From: Eledone cirrhosa
Taxonomy: Eukaryota
Direction of reading: 5' to 3'
Length of the DNA stretch: 64,000 nt
Assembly (NCBI GenBank): GCA_964016885.1
Contig: OZ024743.1
Coordinates: 104,408,001-104,472,000, forward strand
A model generated the notes under the pieces. It made no database searches, was not told where the DNA came from, and worked only from the letters and a program-made list of their open reading frames with translations. Position numbers and translations under genes: made by a program. Positions 40,018 through 54,202 of the stretch are shown here, in pieces; within the stretch, counting starts at the first letter, position 1; every line of letters starts with the position of its first letter.

Positions 40018-40510
40018 TCATCATCATCGTCAGTCCATTCTTCCACGCTAGCATGGGTTAGACGGGTTGTCCTGCTGTGGGCAATACCAGGCTGAGTGAC
40101 CATGTCTTGCTCATACGGAATTGAGTTTGGCTTGATTTCTACAGCTGGATGCTCTTCCTAACACCAACCTCATTTACAGTGAGTACTGGGTGCTTTTGTT
40201 ACCGTGGTGCCTACACAATCACTTTACAGTGTGGACTGGGTGCTTTTCTGTCGTGACACCTCCACGACCACTTTACAGTGGAAGTTGGGTGGGGGCATAC
40301 TGTCTATATGCTTTAGCTTCGGCTTGTACTTGTGGGAAGTCGGGTCTTTTGTATTACTGCATAACGCCAGAGGTCTCAGTCCTGTGTCATAACCTTTGAG
40401 AGGTGCAATTGGGCAAGGTCAGCTTTTATCACCTCATCCCAGGTCTTCTTGGGTCTCCCCACCCCAAGTCTTCAAGGCTTCCATCAACTTTTAGTGCTCT
40501 GCACCTTTTT
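40018..40510 (-). mobile_element. RTE family D 3' fragment
   Basis: GRPKKTWDEVIKADLAQLHLSKVMTQD.DLWRYAVIQKTR; 3'UTR carries the S1 middle module. Confidence 0.85.
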
Positions 40511-40548
40511 ATGCAATCATATCTCCCTTAAATCACATATACTCTCTC

Positions 40549-40832
40549 TAAAGTCTAAAGTCTGTCTTGAGCCCAGAGGTTCATCAGGCTGGTGCTTATC
40601 TCGGTTTCTGTGGCGTGAAGCGACTAACAGTACAAGCCCCCCCCCCCCCCTGGATACAACACCAGTCCATCGCATGGTTAAACCCCCAGCTATTGTACTC
40701 ATTTTTTTTTTCAGCTGAGTATATGAAATGAAGTATTTTGCTGAAGAACACAACACATAACCCAGCCCAGGAATTGAACCCAAGACATTATGATCGTAAG
40801 ACAACACCCTTACCACTAGGCCATGCGCCTCC
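40549..40832 (-). mobile_element. tRNA SINE with CORE and V-like domain, (AGACTTT)n end
   Basis: TGGCCTAGTGG, GGTTCAATTCC, GCGATGGACTGG...TCCAGGGG. Confidence 0.75.
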
Positions 40833-41512
40833 ATCTAATCTACTAGAAATAGCAATCAAATTTCCCTTAAATCACACACTACTGTCTTGAAAAATCGGAA
40901 GAACAGAAGTCATCTAATCTGCTAAAAATATCACCCAAATTGCCCTTAAAACATACCCTTCTTTCTCTTCTTCTATTGAAATTGACAGTTATAGGGTCAA
41001 AGAAACAATCAACTGACGAAATGGTCAATTGACTGTTTTGTTAACAGTCTGGAAATAGCTGTTGAAACAGCAAGATCTCAGCCGTTGGGCATGACTTTCT
41101 AATATATATACATATATACACACACTGGGGAAAACAATGATGATGATGATGATGATGATATATATATATATATATATATCTACATCTCTCCATGCATCAA
41201 GTACTTTCATGATTAGTGATCTCCTCAGTCTCAGCACCGCATACACACTCTCTCTCTCTCTACTATATACATATATATATATACACCAGGGAAAACACTG
41301 ATGAGATATATATATATATATATATACAGCAGGGAAAACACTGATGATATATTTATATATAATGTGTGCGAGTGTACCTCAATATTAAAACCATCACCAC
41401 TTCTTAGTCTATTCCATTCATTGACCTTTCAAAGCACCACTTTGCCCTCCTACTGACCACTTGAACTTTTTATTAAAACCATTTTATATATATGTGGTGT
41501 GGGTGTATATAT

Positions 41513-41575
<63 letters not shown>

Positions 41576-41579
41576 AATG

Positions 41580-41614
<35 letters not shown>

Positions 41615-41621
41615 GTAAATG

Positions 41622-41659
<38 letters not shown>

Positions 41660-41663
41660 AATG

Positions 41664-41701
<38 letters not shown>

Positions 41702-42544
41702 AATGTATATATATATGTATGTATATACATAAATACATAAATGGAGAGAGCTATTAGCGATACTCCGACCAATTTCCAACTCACTCAACAAACATTAGAC
41801 TTTGCCTTTCATCCTTACGGGGTCGATAAAATAAAGTACCAGTAATGCACTGGGTATTTGCTGGCCTTGTGCCTAAAGTAGAAACAATTATATATATATA
41901 TATATATGTGTGTGTGTATGTGTGTGTATGTGTGTGTGAGTGTGTGTGCATAGAATGAAGGATTCTTCTATAAATAATTTTTTAAAAAGGCCCACTAAAT
42001 AGCTTAAATGATTTCATGAAGAGAAATTGTTTATATGTATTTTTGATCTTCTATTTGTGAAACAGAGAATGTTTGTGTGTGTGTGTCTGTGTATGAGTAC
42101 GTTTGTGTGTGCACACGGATGTGTGTGTGCACACAGATGTGTGTGTGCACACGGATGTGTGTGTGTGTATTAATAAAGTGGTCATTACCGCATTACTTGA
42201 AAAGGTCAATGAGATAGATTGAAAGATGGGTGGACAATGGTGTTGGTGTAAGTAGCCAGTTAGTGAGGGGAGATGTGAGGAGAAGGAAGAGGTGAGAGAA
42301 AGAGAGTAGGAATGATGATGGTTAGTGAGATAGAGAGGATAGGAGGGAAGAGAGGGAGAGAGTTAGAGGGAGAGAGAATAGAATAGAAGTCTGTTGAATA
42401 AAAATGGGGGAAGGAAGCATTAATAAAATGGCAGAGAAGAGATAGTATGCTAGAGAGAAAGAGAGAGAGACATAGAGAGATACATGGAGAGTAAGAGAGG
42501 CCAGCAGATGCACACACACTAACAATAAAAAAAGCAACAAGACT

Positions 42545-44260
42545 GATTATCTGAGCAAGACACTAAGCCATGTCTTACTTGAAGTATGTGTTAAGTGTGG
42601 ATGTAAGGCAGCTGCCCATGCAGCCAGACGCTACATACAGCACATGCCTCCTTCATCACTTTGCTTGCTAGTGAAGCTGGACATGAAAAACGCCCTAAGA
42701 GAGCTGCCTCATTACTCTCCCTTGAAAACCTCTCCTATGGAACATTCAGCACATCCATGGATGCTGACAACAAAGTTACTTCTGCCACATGTGTCAAGCA
42801 GAGTGACCCACTCATCCTGCTCCTCTTTGCTCTGGCTGTCGATATTTCCTACTCAGTCCACTCATCCTTCAATGTCTGGTACCTGGATGACACGACTCTT
42901 GGTGGCTTAGTTGAGCCTGGTGTTGAGGACCTTCAGCAAGTCATCCCAGCTCTAAAGCTCCTAGGACTTGAGAACAACGTGTCCAAATCTGAGGTCATAA
43001 ATGTGAGCTACAGTGAAGCTGAATTGCAAGACACTGCACTCAGCATCTAGCTTGTCCTGACTGGGGCTCAGATAATGCTGAATGACGGAGTCTACATTCT
43101 CAGCTCTCCAATCCTCCCATTAGCCATACAAGAATGTCTGGAGACTAAGCATGCAGACCTGATGAGAATGGAGAGATTGCACCATATTGATGTGCACCTG
43201 GTGCTCTTCTTGAAGAACTGTTTCAACTTCCTAAAACTCCTCTTCATGCCATATGGTGCACTTTATTACCCTTTCACAAATTGTCTCATAGAATTTGATG
43301 CCTTCATCTGATGCTGTGCAGCACTCATATGCCATGTTAGCTCCTACAGTACTGGCTGGCAACAAGTGAAACTCCCTTGGAAATTTGGTGGCCTCAGCCT
43401 CTGATCTACTTCAGAGCTAGCACAACCATCCTATCTCTCCTCAATCTCCTTCAGTCACACCTCCAGCTACACGCTCATCAGCAAGATTCTCTGCAAGACA
43501 GCAGAAGCTGTTGTGACTTGGGAACTGGAGTCATTTCCAGTTGATTGAACTGATGAAGGCCTTGCTATACCCCAGTATACACATGTCCAATGTAACTAGA
43601 CAACATCAAGTTCAGGTCTTCCTTCAGATAGATTGAATCTTCCTTGAACCAACACTGTCTCACATGATTCTAGTTTGCCTTGCAACCAAACAGTGGTGCA
43701 TGGCTCAATTCAGTGTCCTCCTCATCAACCGGTACTCTTCTTCATGATGAGTGCACTCACATTGGAGTAGCCCAACACATTGGCCTCCATGTGTACAAGC
43801 CACACAAATGCCATTATGGGGCTGTTATTGACGAGCTTGGCTTCCATCTGCTATCATGCCAACTTAGTGCAGGCTGGTTCCCCTGACATGCCACTCTAAA
43901 TGAGATCATCAAGAGGAGCCATGACACAGCCAGCTTCCCGTCACTACTGGAGCCAACTGGCCTTGACCATGGACATGGTAAGCACACTGATGGAATTACC
44001 CTCTTTCCATGTAAAGGAGGTAAATCCCTAATCTGGGATGCAATGTGTTGTGACTTATTCTCTGCCTTGTTGCTTTGGCCACAAACCAGAGCACTGCCAC
44101 ACACAATGCAGAGGAGCGAAGGATAACCAAATACCGGGGCTTAACCGACCACTTCTTTTTTTTAACAGTAGCCATTGTGACCTCTGGTGTCCTTGGTCCC
44201 TGCACTGTTGATTTTCTCCACAAAATCAGAAAGGCAGTAGTATGGCCATACTACTTGTGT
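42545..44260 (+). mobile_element. Degenerate CRE-like retrotransposon (RT, CCHC, REL endonuclease)
   Basis: LVKLDMKNA, VKQSDPL, VWYLDD, SGAWLN, KHTDGITLFP...LIWDA, TSGVLGP; many stops and frameshifts. Confidence 0.85.
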
Positions 44261-45707
44261 GGCATGGTTGAATCACCACTCAGACTGGGGTGTAGAAGCT
44301 GTCTCTTTTCTCCCCCCGTCTCCTTTTCTTTCATTGCTTAATTCTGAATGGCTGAGTATTCCATGGATATTTGTGCTTTTAACATAAATTAAAATGCAGG
44401 TACCTAGCAAGAATGTGTTCTTCCTGCTTCACTTAATGACATTATTAGATATTCTATTCTCCTGGCATATATTTCACAGTATCTCAAGAGAACATCTTTA
44501 TGCATTAACGTTATGTCTTTCTATAGGTCACCTGCCAGTTGATTTTGCCCGTAAAATCTGTCCAGCGATTCTTTCCTGAGACATTCTAACCACATGCCCG
44601 TAGTATTCGGAGAAGTAGTCGCTCTACCTGGAGGGACTCTCTGATCTCCGAGCTACACAATCTATCGAGTAATATTACTTCATGAGCTTGGTTGGTGTCG
44701 CTTAGGGATTCAGCCAGATCAGTTGGAGACGGTTGCCTCTGACAGGACCCGCTGGAAAGAATGTTTGAGGACTCTGTCCCCTTGACCCTCCTAGGAATAA
44801 GTAGGAGAAAAAGAAGAAAATTTGGACATAATTTCGGTTGAAAGCAGAAATTGTTTGCTTAAACTTTTAATCTTTGCTAATAATAATATATATATATGTA
44901 AAATCCAAACAGTGGCACCAAGTGGTTTTGCATTGCGCCACATTTGGGATTTTACATATCTCTATACCCACTCTACATCTCATGTATCGAGTACTCACAT
45001 GATTAGTGATCTCCTCAGTCTCAGCACCGCAGACTCTCCCTCTCTCTCTCTATATATATATATATCAGCGTGTTTAGAACCACTTTTCCATGCTTGCATG
45101 GGTTTGACAGGTTCTTTTCAGCACTGCATCTCTCCACACATCCCTTATCACCTCTGGGAGTCTCAGTGATTTGAAGTCAGCTCTTATAACATCTGCCCAG
45201 GTCTTTCTTGGTCTACTTCTTCTGCGACATCCTTTCTTTAGCTATCTTATTCATTGAGATTCCTGTATATTAGTGACAAAAAACTTTTTCTTTTTCTCTG
45301 TTGGATATATACTACTCCTTTATGGTTAAGTTGCTATTTTTAGCACCATTACAAACCTGTCATCTTGTCCTTGATGTACAAATATTCATCTTTGTGGTCT
45401 AACTACCCATGTATGTCTCTTGATGCACCATGCTGCTCCGAAAAGGATAGGATCTGTATCACCTTGTTTTTTATATTAATTGATGAATATTATTTTCTTC
45501 TTTCAAAGAATTCATTTCTTAATTTATTAAGATAGTTAATATTGTTTCTTAATTCCAGAAACTTTAATTAGGGTTATTATGTGAGCGAAACTCTTTTGTA
45601 TTAGTTTAGCCTGTTACAGGTAGAAGCTAAACTGTTTTATAAATATATATATGTATATATATATTATATATATATATATATTTATTAAAATAACAGATTA
45701 AAGTTTA

Positions 45708-45784
45708 AGCAAAGAATCGCTGCTTTCACCCTTAACAGGATCTTCTGAAACCCCCGTTAAGGGTGAAAGCAGCGATTCTTTGCT
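45708..45784. repeat. Perfect 29-bp inverted repeat with 19-nt spacer
   Basis: AGCAAAGAATCGCTGCTTTCACCCTTAAC and GTTAAGGGTGAAAGCAGCGATTCTTTGCT. Confidence 0.92.
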
Positions 45785-47400
45785 ACCTGCTCCTTGTGGC
45801 TACTGATGCAGATATCATGTCCGCCATCAGGTCCTTCCCAGCTAGCAGCTGCAGAGGTGTTGATGGTCTCCGACCAGGCCACCTCAAGGAGTTGACATCC
45901 CCCTCTCCGCTGAGGCCAGGCGCCGCCTTCTGAGTGCAATTGTGGCACTGACCAATAGGCTCATTCATGGTGCCCTCGACCCTTACGCCCGAGGCCTCTT
46001 TTTTTCGGCCAGCCTCACCACTCTCAGGAAGAAAGAGGGTGGCATACGCTCCATTGCTGTGGGCAATGTCTTCCGGAGGCTGGCTGCCAAGGTGATCTGC
46101 AAGTCCGTCACACACGAACTGGGTGAGGAGTTTAGTCCGGTGCAACTGGGTGTCGGCGTGTCCGGTGGCTGTGAGGGAGCCGCTCATGTAATCAGGCAGT
46201 TCTTCAGCAGCTGCCCATCGGTACCGGCATCCAGGGACTCCAGGCACCTCATTGTCAAGCTTGACATGAGGAATGCCTTTAACTATTTACGCTGGGATCA
46301 TCTGCTCGAGGCCTGCCTCAGCCGATCCCCCTCTGCCTACTCGCTGGCCTACCTGTCATATGGAGCCCCAAGCATGCTCCTAGCTGCTGATACGGTCATA
46401 CCCTCGGCTACTGGGGTCCAGCAGGGCAACCCTTTGGGACCCCTCCTGTTCGCCCTTGGTATTGACCACATCGCCCGGAGTATCACGGCCCCTCTCAACA
46501 TTTGGTATCTGGATGATGCTACGGTGGGTGGGCCCGTACGGACGGTCTGCCAAGACCTTCAATTGGTGGTTCCTGCCCTGGCGGGAATCGGCCTCCAGGT
46601 CAACTCGGCCAAGTCGGAGGTGGTGAACGTCAGCCTCGATGCTGCGAGCTTTGCAGCCTCTGTCTTGGACGTGCGGTCCATTCTCAGCCAGGTTCAGGTG
46701 ACCCCCAAAGAGGATGTCCTCATCCTCTGGTCATCGATCCACCCGCCGGCCATCCACTCCACCATCAGGTCCAGGCTTCAACAGCTCCAGACTCACATGA
46801 GCCGACTGGGCTTGATTGATGGCCACCCAGCTCTCTTTCTGTTGAGGAACTGCTTTGCCATGCCGAAGCTCCTCTACATCCTCCGCAGCGCTCCATGCTA
46901 CACCCAGACATCTCTCCTCGCTGACCTCGATACTTGTATCCGAGCAGCAGCCGAGGGGATATGCAACGTCAAGTTTGACGACATAGGGTGGCAACAGGCC
47001 ACTTTACCAGTCAGGTATGGCGGCCTAGGCCTCCGGTCCCCGATCTCACTAGCTTTACCGGCATATCTTTCGTCGGTAACCTCGTGCTGCGTCCTCGTCA
47101 GCAGGGTTCTTCAAAACACAACAGAACCCTCTGTGTTCAGAGAACGTGAGGCCGCCTGTGAGACGTGGGACCGGCTGGGACTTAGCCAAGTAGACGTCCC
47201 TCCTCCTACCAGGGCTACCTCCTTACTCACCACCATAGGCGCTGAGCTGGTCAGCCGCAGGTGTGAGCCCCGCCAGTTGGAGTGGCTTTTCCAGCGCATC
47301 TCCCTTGCCGTCCTCCCGGGAAACGCCTTCTCCATCTTGTCTGCCGGGGCTGTGGATGGGCCCCATCAAATACCAATACATTAGTTAAATACCATTCTTT
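45785..47400 (+). mobile_element. CRE-like retrotransposon, RT region mostly open, endonuclease region deleted
   Basis: DGLRPGHLKE, GGIRSIAVG, KLDMRNAFN, GVQQGNPLGPLLF, WYLDD, LPVRYGGLG, WLFQRISLA. Confidence 0.92.
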
Positions 47401-47574
47401 CATCTGAGACTTGCTAAGAAAGAAATGGTTGCTGAATAAGAACAAATGGAACAAAATAAAAAAAGTAAAATAAAATTAAAATAAATGAACTCTATATTTG
47501 ATATATATTTATCCTTATCGAGGCCTCTTTGGATTTTAGTCTTCAAATTTATTATTATTACTATTATATATATA

Positions 47575-47870
47575 TCAATTCTCAGACCGGGCGATGTGTT
47601 GTTTCCTTGAGCAAGACACTTTATTTCACGTTGCTCCAGTTTACTCAGATGTAAAAATGAGATGATAGGGACTGGGGTCCATATCATTCCACTGCAAAGT
47701 GGTCGTGGAGGTGCCACAGCAAAAAAAGCACCCACCACTCACTGTAAATGAGGTTGGTGTTAGGAAGGGCATCCAGCTGTAGAAATCAAGCCAAAATCAG
47801 TTCCGGTCCCACCCTTGCAAGCAGGGAAAAAGCGGACATAAAATGAAATGAAAATGAAAATGAAATGAAA
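47575..47870 (+). mobile_element. 5'-truncated S1 SINE
   Basis: Matches S1 from the B box onward. Confidence 0.9.
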
Positions 47871-49809
47871 ATATATATATATATATATATAATCAACATA
47901 TAAAGAGAAGTACACATAGGGATATGTGTTTAAGCATAGGGGATCAAAAACCATCAAAGTGACAAACATATTACCTATGGAAGGAATGGGGAATACAAAT
48001 CAATAAAAAGAATATATTAAAGTGTACTAACCATATTCCTTGAGCTAATTAAATTATAGTGGATTAATGTAAGTTTTTAACTCCGTTTTTTTTAATTTGA
48101 TATATATGTGTCTTGAAACAATTGTATTCATAAAGCAATTATCAAATATTAAATTTTGAAAGTAAACTGCTTTGAGGCATGTTTTTTTACTATAAAAAAT
48201 AGTGGAGCAAGTTGAGCATATAATCTCCTAGAAGGGGAAAAAGTGGTCAGCCTCTCACATCTATCATGTTCCACGGGTGATATTACCCCCTTTTACTATC
48301 TGTAGGGACTTTTATGCCAAATTTATTTGACTATTCTCATAGTAAAAACCAGCTTACTTTAAGCTAATATTCATACATATATACATAGGGAGGGAGAGAG
48401 GAGAGCTATTTAGGGATACATATACTACAAACTAAGTGTGGTACCGTTTAATCTAACAGATGTGCGATTCTGTGGAAATAGCCTCACCACAATCAAACAA
48501 TACATCAACTATTACTGGCTGGATGGATGGACTGACAGATTTTATTTTTAGTTCAGCAAGTTTGTTTCCTCAGATAAACTGTTTGAGGCAATTTTATATG
48601 CAGACAACAAAACATAGCCCACACATGCATATATACACAGACACACATTCATCTACCCCCATATATACACACCTACATATACACAAAGATAAAGAAACAC
48701 ACACACACACACACATTCACCTACATGCACACATTCACCTACACACATACACACACACACAGATAAACCAACACTCAGACACTCATTCACTCACACACAG
48801 ATACACCAATTTATATACATTCACTTACACATACACCTCAACACACACCTATACACACTCATACATATTGTATACATACCTTCAGGTGTATACAGAGAAA
48901 CACACATTTTCATAAACGTTTATACATATGCCACTCAATAGAAGTAAACATGGTTTTTTGGGGTTTGATTGTAGTGAAGAACATGAGGTATGGATAAGTT
49001 TGTATAGTGCAGTAGTAAAATAAGTTACTTATATTTCAGGATTCTGATCCTTTGTCTATATATAACACAACACAACCCATCCTGAATTCATCATCATCAT
49101 TCTCCCTGTTAGTAAGCAATGGTCTGTTCTATCATAAAAAAAAGGTAGTTTGCTTTGAAGTGTTTTTTTATTTATCTAAAACAAAACTTTCTATCATAAT
49201 TTTATATAAGAACATTTGTTAATTTATGTTCTAAACACCAGCCTAAAAATGAAAATAGATATTTTTTTAAATCCTTAAATATTCTTGATTATTTTCAAAA
49301 TTATTTTTAAATGATTTGTAAAATCCTTTGCTAAGTTATGTTCTAAACATTAGCTTAAAAATGAAAAAAAGATATTTTATTAAATCCTTCAAAGTTCTTC
49401 ATTATTTTCAAAGTTATTGGTAAATCAATTGTAAAAAGCTTTGATATGTAACAAACATCAGCTTAAAAATGAGAAAAGTTAGTTATTTTACTAAATCTTT
49501 CAAAATTTCTATTTTCAAAATTACTGGAAAATCATAGGCTGTATCTATAAGAAATATGGTATTGAAAGAGTTAAATATTAAGTAAAGTTAACAATTTTTG
49601 TGTGTTATGAAATGGTTAAATTGACTCTTCATCATCACCAGTTAATGTTTATTTTCTATATTAGCATGGAAAATAGACTTTGGTGATGATGATGAGGCCA
49701 AACATGTCAGATGATTGTCTCTTGCTCATATGTTCTATTCTGACACACTTTCTACAGCTGGATGCCCTTCCTAATGTCAATAACCTCATGGCATATACTG
49801 GATTTAATT

Positions 49810-50302
49810 TCTGGGTGCTTTTTTCATGGCACCTACACCATCACTTTACAGAGTGTACTGGGAGTATTGTATTGTGACACCAGCACTATCACTTTACAAA
49901 GTGGGCTGAGAGCATTTTATTGGAGCACCAGTACTACCACTTTACAGAGTGTACTAGCAGCATTTTATCCTGACACCAGCACTATTATTTTACAGAGTGG
50001 GCTGAGAGTATTTTATTGTGGCACCAATACCACTTTACAGAGTGTACTAGAAGCATTTTTTCCTGACACCAGCACTATTATTTTATAGAGTGGGCTGAGA
50101 GCATTTTATTGTGGCACCAGCACTACTACTTTACAAAGTAGGCTGAGAGCATTTTTTGTGGTATCAGCACTATCACATTACAGGGTGGATTGGGTGCTTT
50201 TTTGTGGAACCAGCACTACCACTTTATAGAGTGGGTTAAGAGCATTTTATTGAGGCATCAGCACTATCACTTTACAGAATGGAATGGGTGCTATTTATTG
50301 TG
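49810..50302. repeat. Minisatellite of about 45-bp units derived from the SINE/RTE 3'UTR module
   Basis: About 11 copies of GTGGCACCAGCACTA.CACTTTACAGAGTGGGCTGAGAGCATTTTATT. Confidence 0.88.
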
Positions 50303-50723
50303 AGTGTATGTGTGTGTATGTCCTTGCTAACAGAAAAAACTAACATCATGATGATGGTGACTATACTATATATGAGGGAGAAATTGGGTTTAAGAGGATC
50401 TGAAGTGGTGTGCAAGAGAGAAGACTGTGTTGGTATGAGCAGAGGTGGTGAGAGCTGATCTCAAGTTGCTGAGACACAGAGGAGATGACGAAGGAACACA
50501 GCATGTGGAGAGCAGCTGTGCTGAAAAGGACCCATCCAACCCATGTTGCAAGGAAACACACATATGTAAGTATGTATGTATGTATGTATGTATGTATGTA
50601 TGTATGTTTGTATTTATGTATATATATATATAGAGAGAGAGAGAAACAGACAAAGGGGAGAAAGAGATACAGCCATTACATACACACATTTCTATATACA
50701 TATTATGTACATACATATGAATG

Positions 50724-50758
<35 letters not shown>

Positions 50759-50769
50759 TCATCATCATA

Positions 50770-51385
50770 ATCATAATCATCATTTTACGGCCGCTTTTTC
50801 CCTGCTTGCAAGGGTGGGACGGGAACTGATTCTGGCTTGATTTCTACAGCTGGATGCCTTTCCTAACACCAACCTCATTTACAGTGAGTGCTGGGTGCTT
50901 TTTTTTGCCGTGGCACCTACACGACCACTTTGCAGTGGAATGATAGGGAGCAATGTGAAATAAAGTGTCTTGCTCAAGGAAACAACACATCACCCGGTCT
51001 GAGAATTGAACTCACAACCTTTCGATTGCAAGCCCAATGCTCTAACCACTAAGCCATGAGCCTCCATATATATATATATATATATATGGAGGCACATGCA
51101 ATTCTCAGACCAGATAATGTGTTGTTTCCTTGAGCAAGACACTTTATTTCACATTGCTCCAGTTTACTCAGCTGTAGAAATGAGATGATAGGGACTGGGG
51201 TCCATATCATTCCACTGCAAAGTGGTCGTGTAGGTGCCACGGCAAAAAAGCACCCAGCACTCACTGTAAATGAGGTTGGTGTTAGGAAGGGCATCCAGCT
51301 GTAGAAATCAAGCCAGAATCAGTTCCCGTCCCACCCTTGCAAGCAGGGAAAAGCGGACGTAAAATGAAATGATGAATGATGATGA

Positions 51386-51390
<5 letters not shown>
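50770..51390. mobile_element. Head-to-head pair of S1 SINEs (50770-51064 minus, 51087-51390 plus) around a short (TA)n
   Basis: Both match S1, each with a different internal deletion; a further tail fragment at 51432-51567. Confidence 0.9.
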
Positions 51391-51431
<41 letters not shown>

Positions 51432-51611
51432 AAAAAAAGCACCCAGCACTCACTGTAAATGAGGTTGGCATTAGGAAGTGCATCCAGCTGTAGAAATCAA
51501 GCCAGAATCAGTTCCCGTCCCACCCTTGCAAGCAGGGAAAAGTGGACGTAAATGATGATGATGATGATATGTATGTATGTAAAAGGTATATATATATATA
51601 TATATGTATAC

Positions 51612-51945
51612 ATGATTGCTGCTACTCAATTTCGAGTAATGAGCTTGATACTTAAGCACGAGCATCATGGATGTGGCTATTTAATTCTGCTAGAGACTTG
51701 CCTATAGCCAGCCATGTCAGGCATCGCAAAAAATATCACATGTCAAGCGATGCCTGTGCTTGCAGCTTTTTTTAAGTGAGGAAAGGCTTTTCACGGGGTC
51801 AATCCCACTTTCTGAACATTGAATGCATTTACCTAAAATGTAAAACTGATCTATGTCATTGGATGCAGATGAAGTTCCAGATGTTATACCAGTGTGACCT
51901 TCTCTTAGAGAGATGTCTTAATGAAGACTAGGAGTCTGTTGCTCC
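51612..51945 (-). mobile_element. Second copy of the 712-1048 repeat
   Basis: Shared TCAAGCGATGCCTGTGCTTG and AGAGAGATGTCTTAATG. Confidence 0.8.
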
Positions 51946-52237
51946 AAAAAAAGAAAAAAAAATTCTTTATTGGATGGCCATTGACTCTACTGAGTTCCTC
52001 TGCCCTTTGATTGGTCTTTTTTTTCATCCTACAGGATGTCCAAAAACAAGGTTAGTTGGGTCGCAGGTTTATCGCAGGTTTAGTCGCCGACGACCCAACC
52101 AAGCACAGGTTGTACTGGGTTATATGTTACAAGTAGCACTGAAGAGTGACCTGACATATTCATACACATACACACACACATATATATATATACATACACA
52201 CACACACACATATATATATATACATACACACACACAC

Positions 52238-54196
52238 ATGAAGACAGGCAAGGCGGCGGGGCCTTCGGAAATAGTTGCTGAAATGCTGAAAGCATCTGGA
52301 ACGGTGGGACACACTATGGTCAACTGGATAGTAAACCAAGTCATACAGAATGGGGTCATACCAAAGGACTGGCGTAGCATCATCATTAACTGCTACAAGG
52401 GTAAAGGAGATGCCCTAGATATGGGTAACTATAGAGGCATTAAATTGATTGACCAGGTCATGAAAGTCACAGAAAAAGTTATAGTGCAACTAATCAGAGA
52501 GCGAATTGAGCTAGATGAAATGCAGTTCAGGTTTGTGTCAGGTAAAAGTACCACAGACGCTCTTTTCCTTGTACAACAACTACAGGAGAAGTACCTAGTT
52601 TAAAGTAAACCCCTATACTTAGCTTTGGTTGACTTGGAAAAAGCCTTTGACAGAGTCCCTCGCTCCATTATCTGGTGGGCTCTTAGAAAACTAGGTGTTG
52701 ATGAATGGCTTGTGAGAGCTATACAAGCCATGTATAAAGAAACAGTCTGCAAGGTTAGAATTAACAATGAATATAGTGAAGAGTTTAGCGTAAAAGTTGG
52801 TGTTGATCAGGGCTCTGTCCTTAGCCCCCTCCTATTTATTATTGCCCTTCAGGCTATAACAGAGGAGTTCAAGACCGGCTGCAGATGGGAACTTCTATAC
52901 GCAGATGACCTAACGCTCATAGCTGAATCGATGACTGAACTAGAGAAGAAATTCCAAACATGGAAGCACAGCCTAGAATCAAAAGGCCTTAAAATTAACT
53001 TGTCTAAGACTAAAGTTCTAGTATGTAGGAAGGAAAATAGGTCACTGGTCCCCTCTGGGAAATGGCCATGCTCAGTGTGTAGGAAAGGAGGCGGTACAAA
53101 TTCCATTTTATGTCCCAAATGCAAAGTATGGGTGCATAAAAGATGTAGTGGGATCACAGCTAAGCTAAGAACATAGATTTTATATGTGGCCGGTGCTCAG
53201 GTGCAATAAGTAGTAGCAAGTGCCCACAGGATACTAGCTCCTTCTATTACCCAGATGGTTCTATAGAAATAGTGGACACCTTCCGTTATCTGGGTGACAA
53301 AATCAGCAGTGGTGGAGGGTGCTCTGAAAGTACAGTAGCTATAGTCAGAATGGGATGGAAAAAGTTCACAGAGCTTATACCACTATTGGCCGCTAAAGGT
53401 TTCTCGCTAAAAATGAAAGGCAGATTGTATGATGCCTGCATACGAACAGCAATGTTACATGGCAGTGAGACATGGGCATTGTGTGCAGAGGATATACGCA
53501 GACTGGAGAGGAACAAAGCTTGCATGCTCCGTTGGATGTGTAATAGTAATATACGTGAACGGCAAAGCATAAATGAACTAAGTGAGAAATAAGGAATAAG
53601 AGGGATCAGATGCTGTTTACTCGAGAGAAGACTACGTTGGTAAGGTCACGTGATGCGCATGAAAGACGACAGCTGTATAAAAAAGTGCATGGCAATCAAG
53701 ATAGACGGTAGCTACGGAGTAGGCAGACCCAGAAAAACCTGGGACGATTTGATAAATTCCGACCTTACACACTTACACCTCTCCAAGACAATGTCACTGG
53801 ACTGAGATCTTTGGCGCTACGCAGTAATACAGAAGACCCGCCTTGCCTAAGTACAAAGCGAAACCTACAGTCAGTAGGCACCTCTAACAAAAATACACCC
53901 CCATCCCACTACCCCCACCCCCATCTACACCACCCTTTTCACTGTAAAGTTATGTTGGTACCACAACATCCAGTCCTAAATAAATCAAGTCGTGTAGGTG
54001 TCACCACAAAAAAACACAGTCCACACTATAATGTGGCCATGTAGGTAACACGGTAAAAACCTCCCAGTCCACACTGTAAACGTGGTTGGTGTTAGGAAGG
54101 GCATCCAGCTGTAGAAAACCTGCCAGACAGTCCTACACGAGCAAGACAACCAATCTTGTCTCAAGTGGGACAATTACCGTCCAAAACCATGCTAGC
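52238..54196 (+). pseudogene. RTE-A 5'-truncated disrupted copy (RT to 3'UTR)
   Basis: Consecutive ORF pieces matching the 1076-aa protein, with stops and frameshifts. Confidence 0.95.
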
Positions 54197-54202
54197 CTTA
54201 GA

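Noticed and set aside
41190-41240. Minus-strand CUGAGGA...GAAAGUACUU (related copy near 44980-45030)
   Set aside because: Stem I does not pair and the second copy lacks GAAA
48440-48560. Possible minus-strand exon (PVIVDVLFDCGEAIPQ)
   Set aside because: Weak splice signals and an upstream in-frame stop
49810-50302. CRISPR-like periodicity (also 37950-38280)
   Set aside because: Contiguous degenerate units, no unique spacers, no cas genes, eukaryotic context
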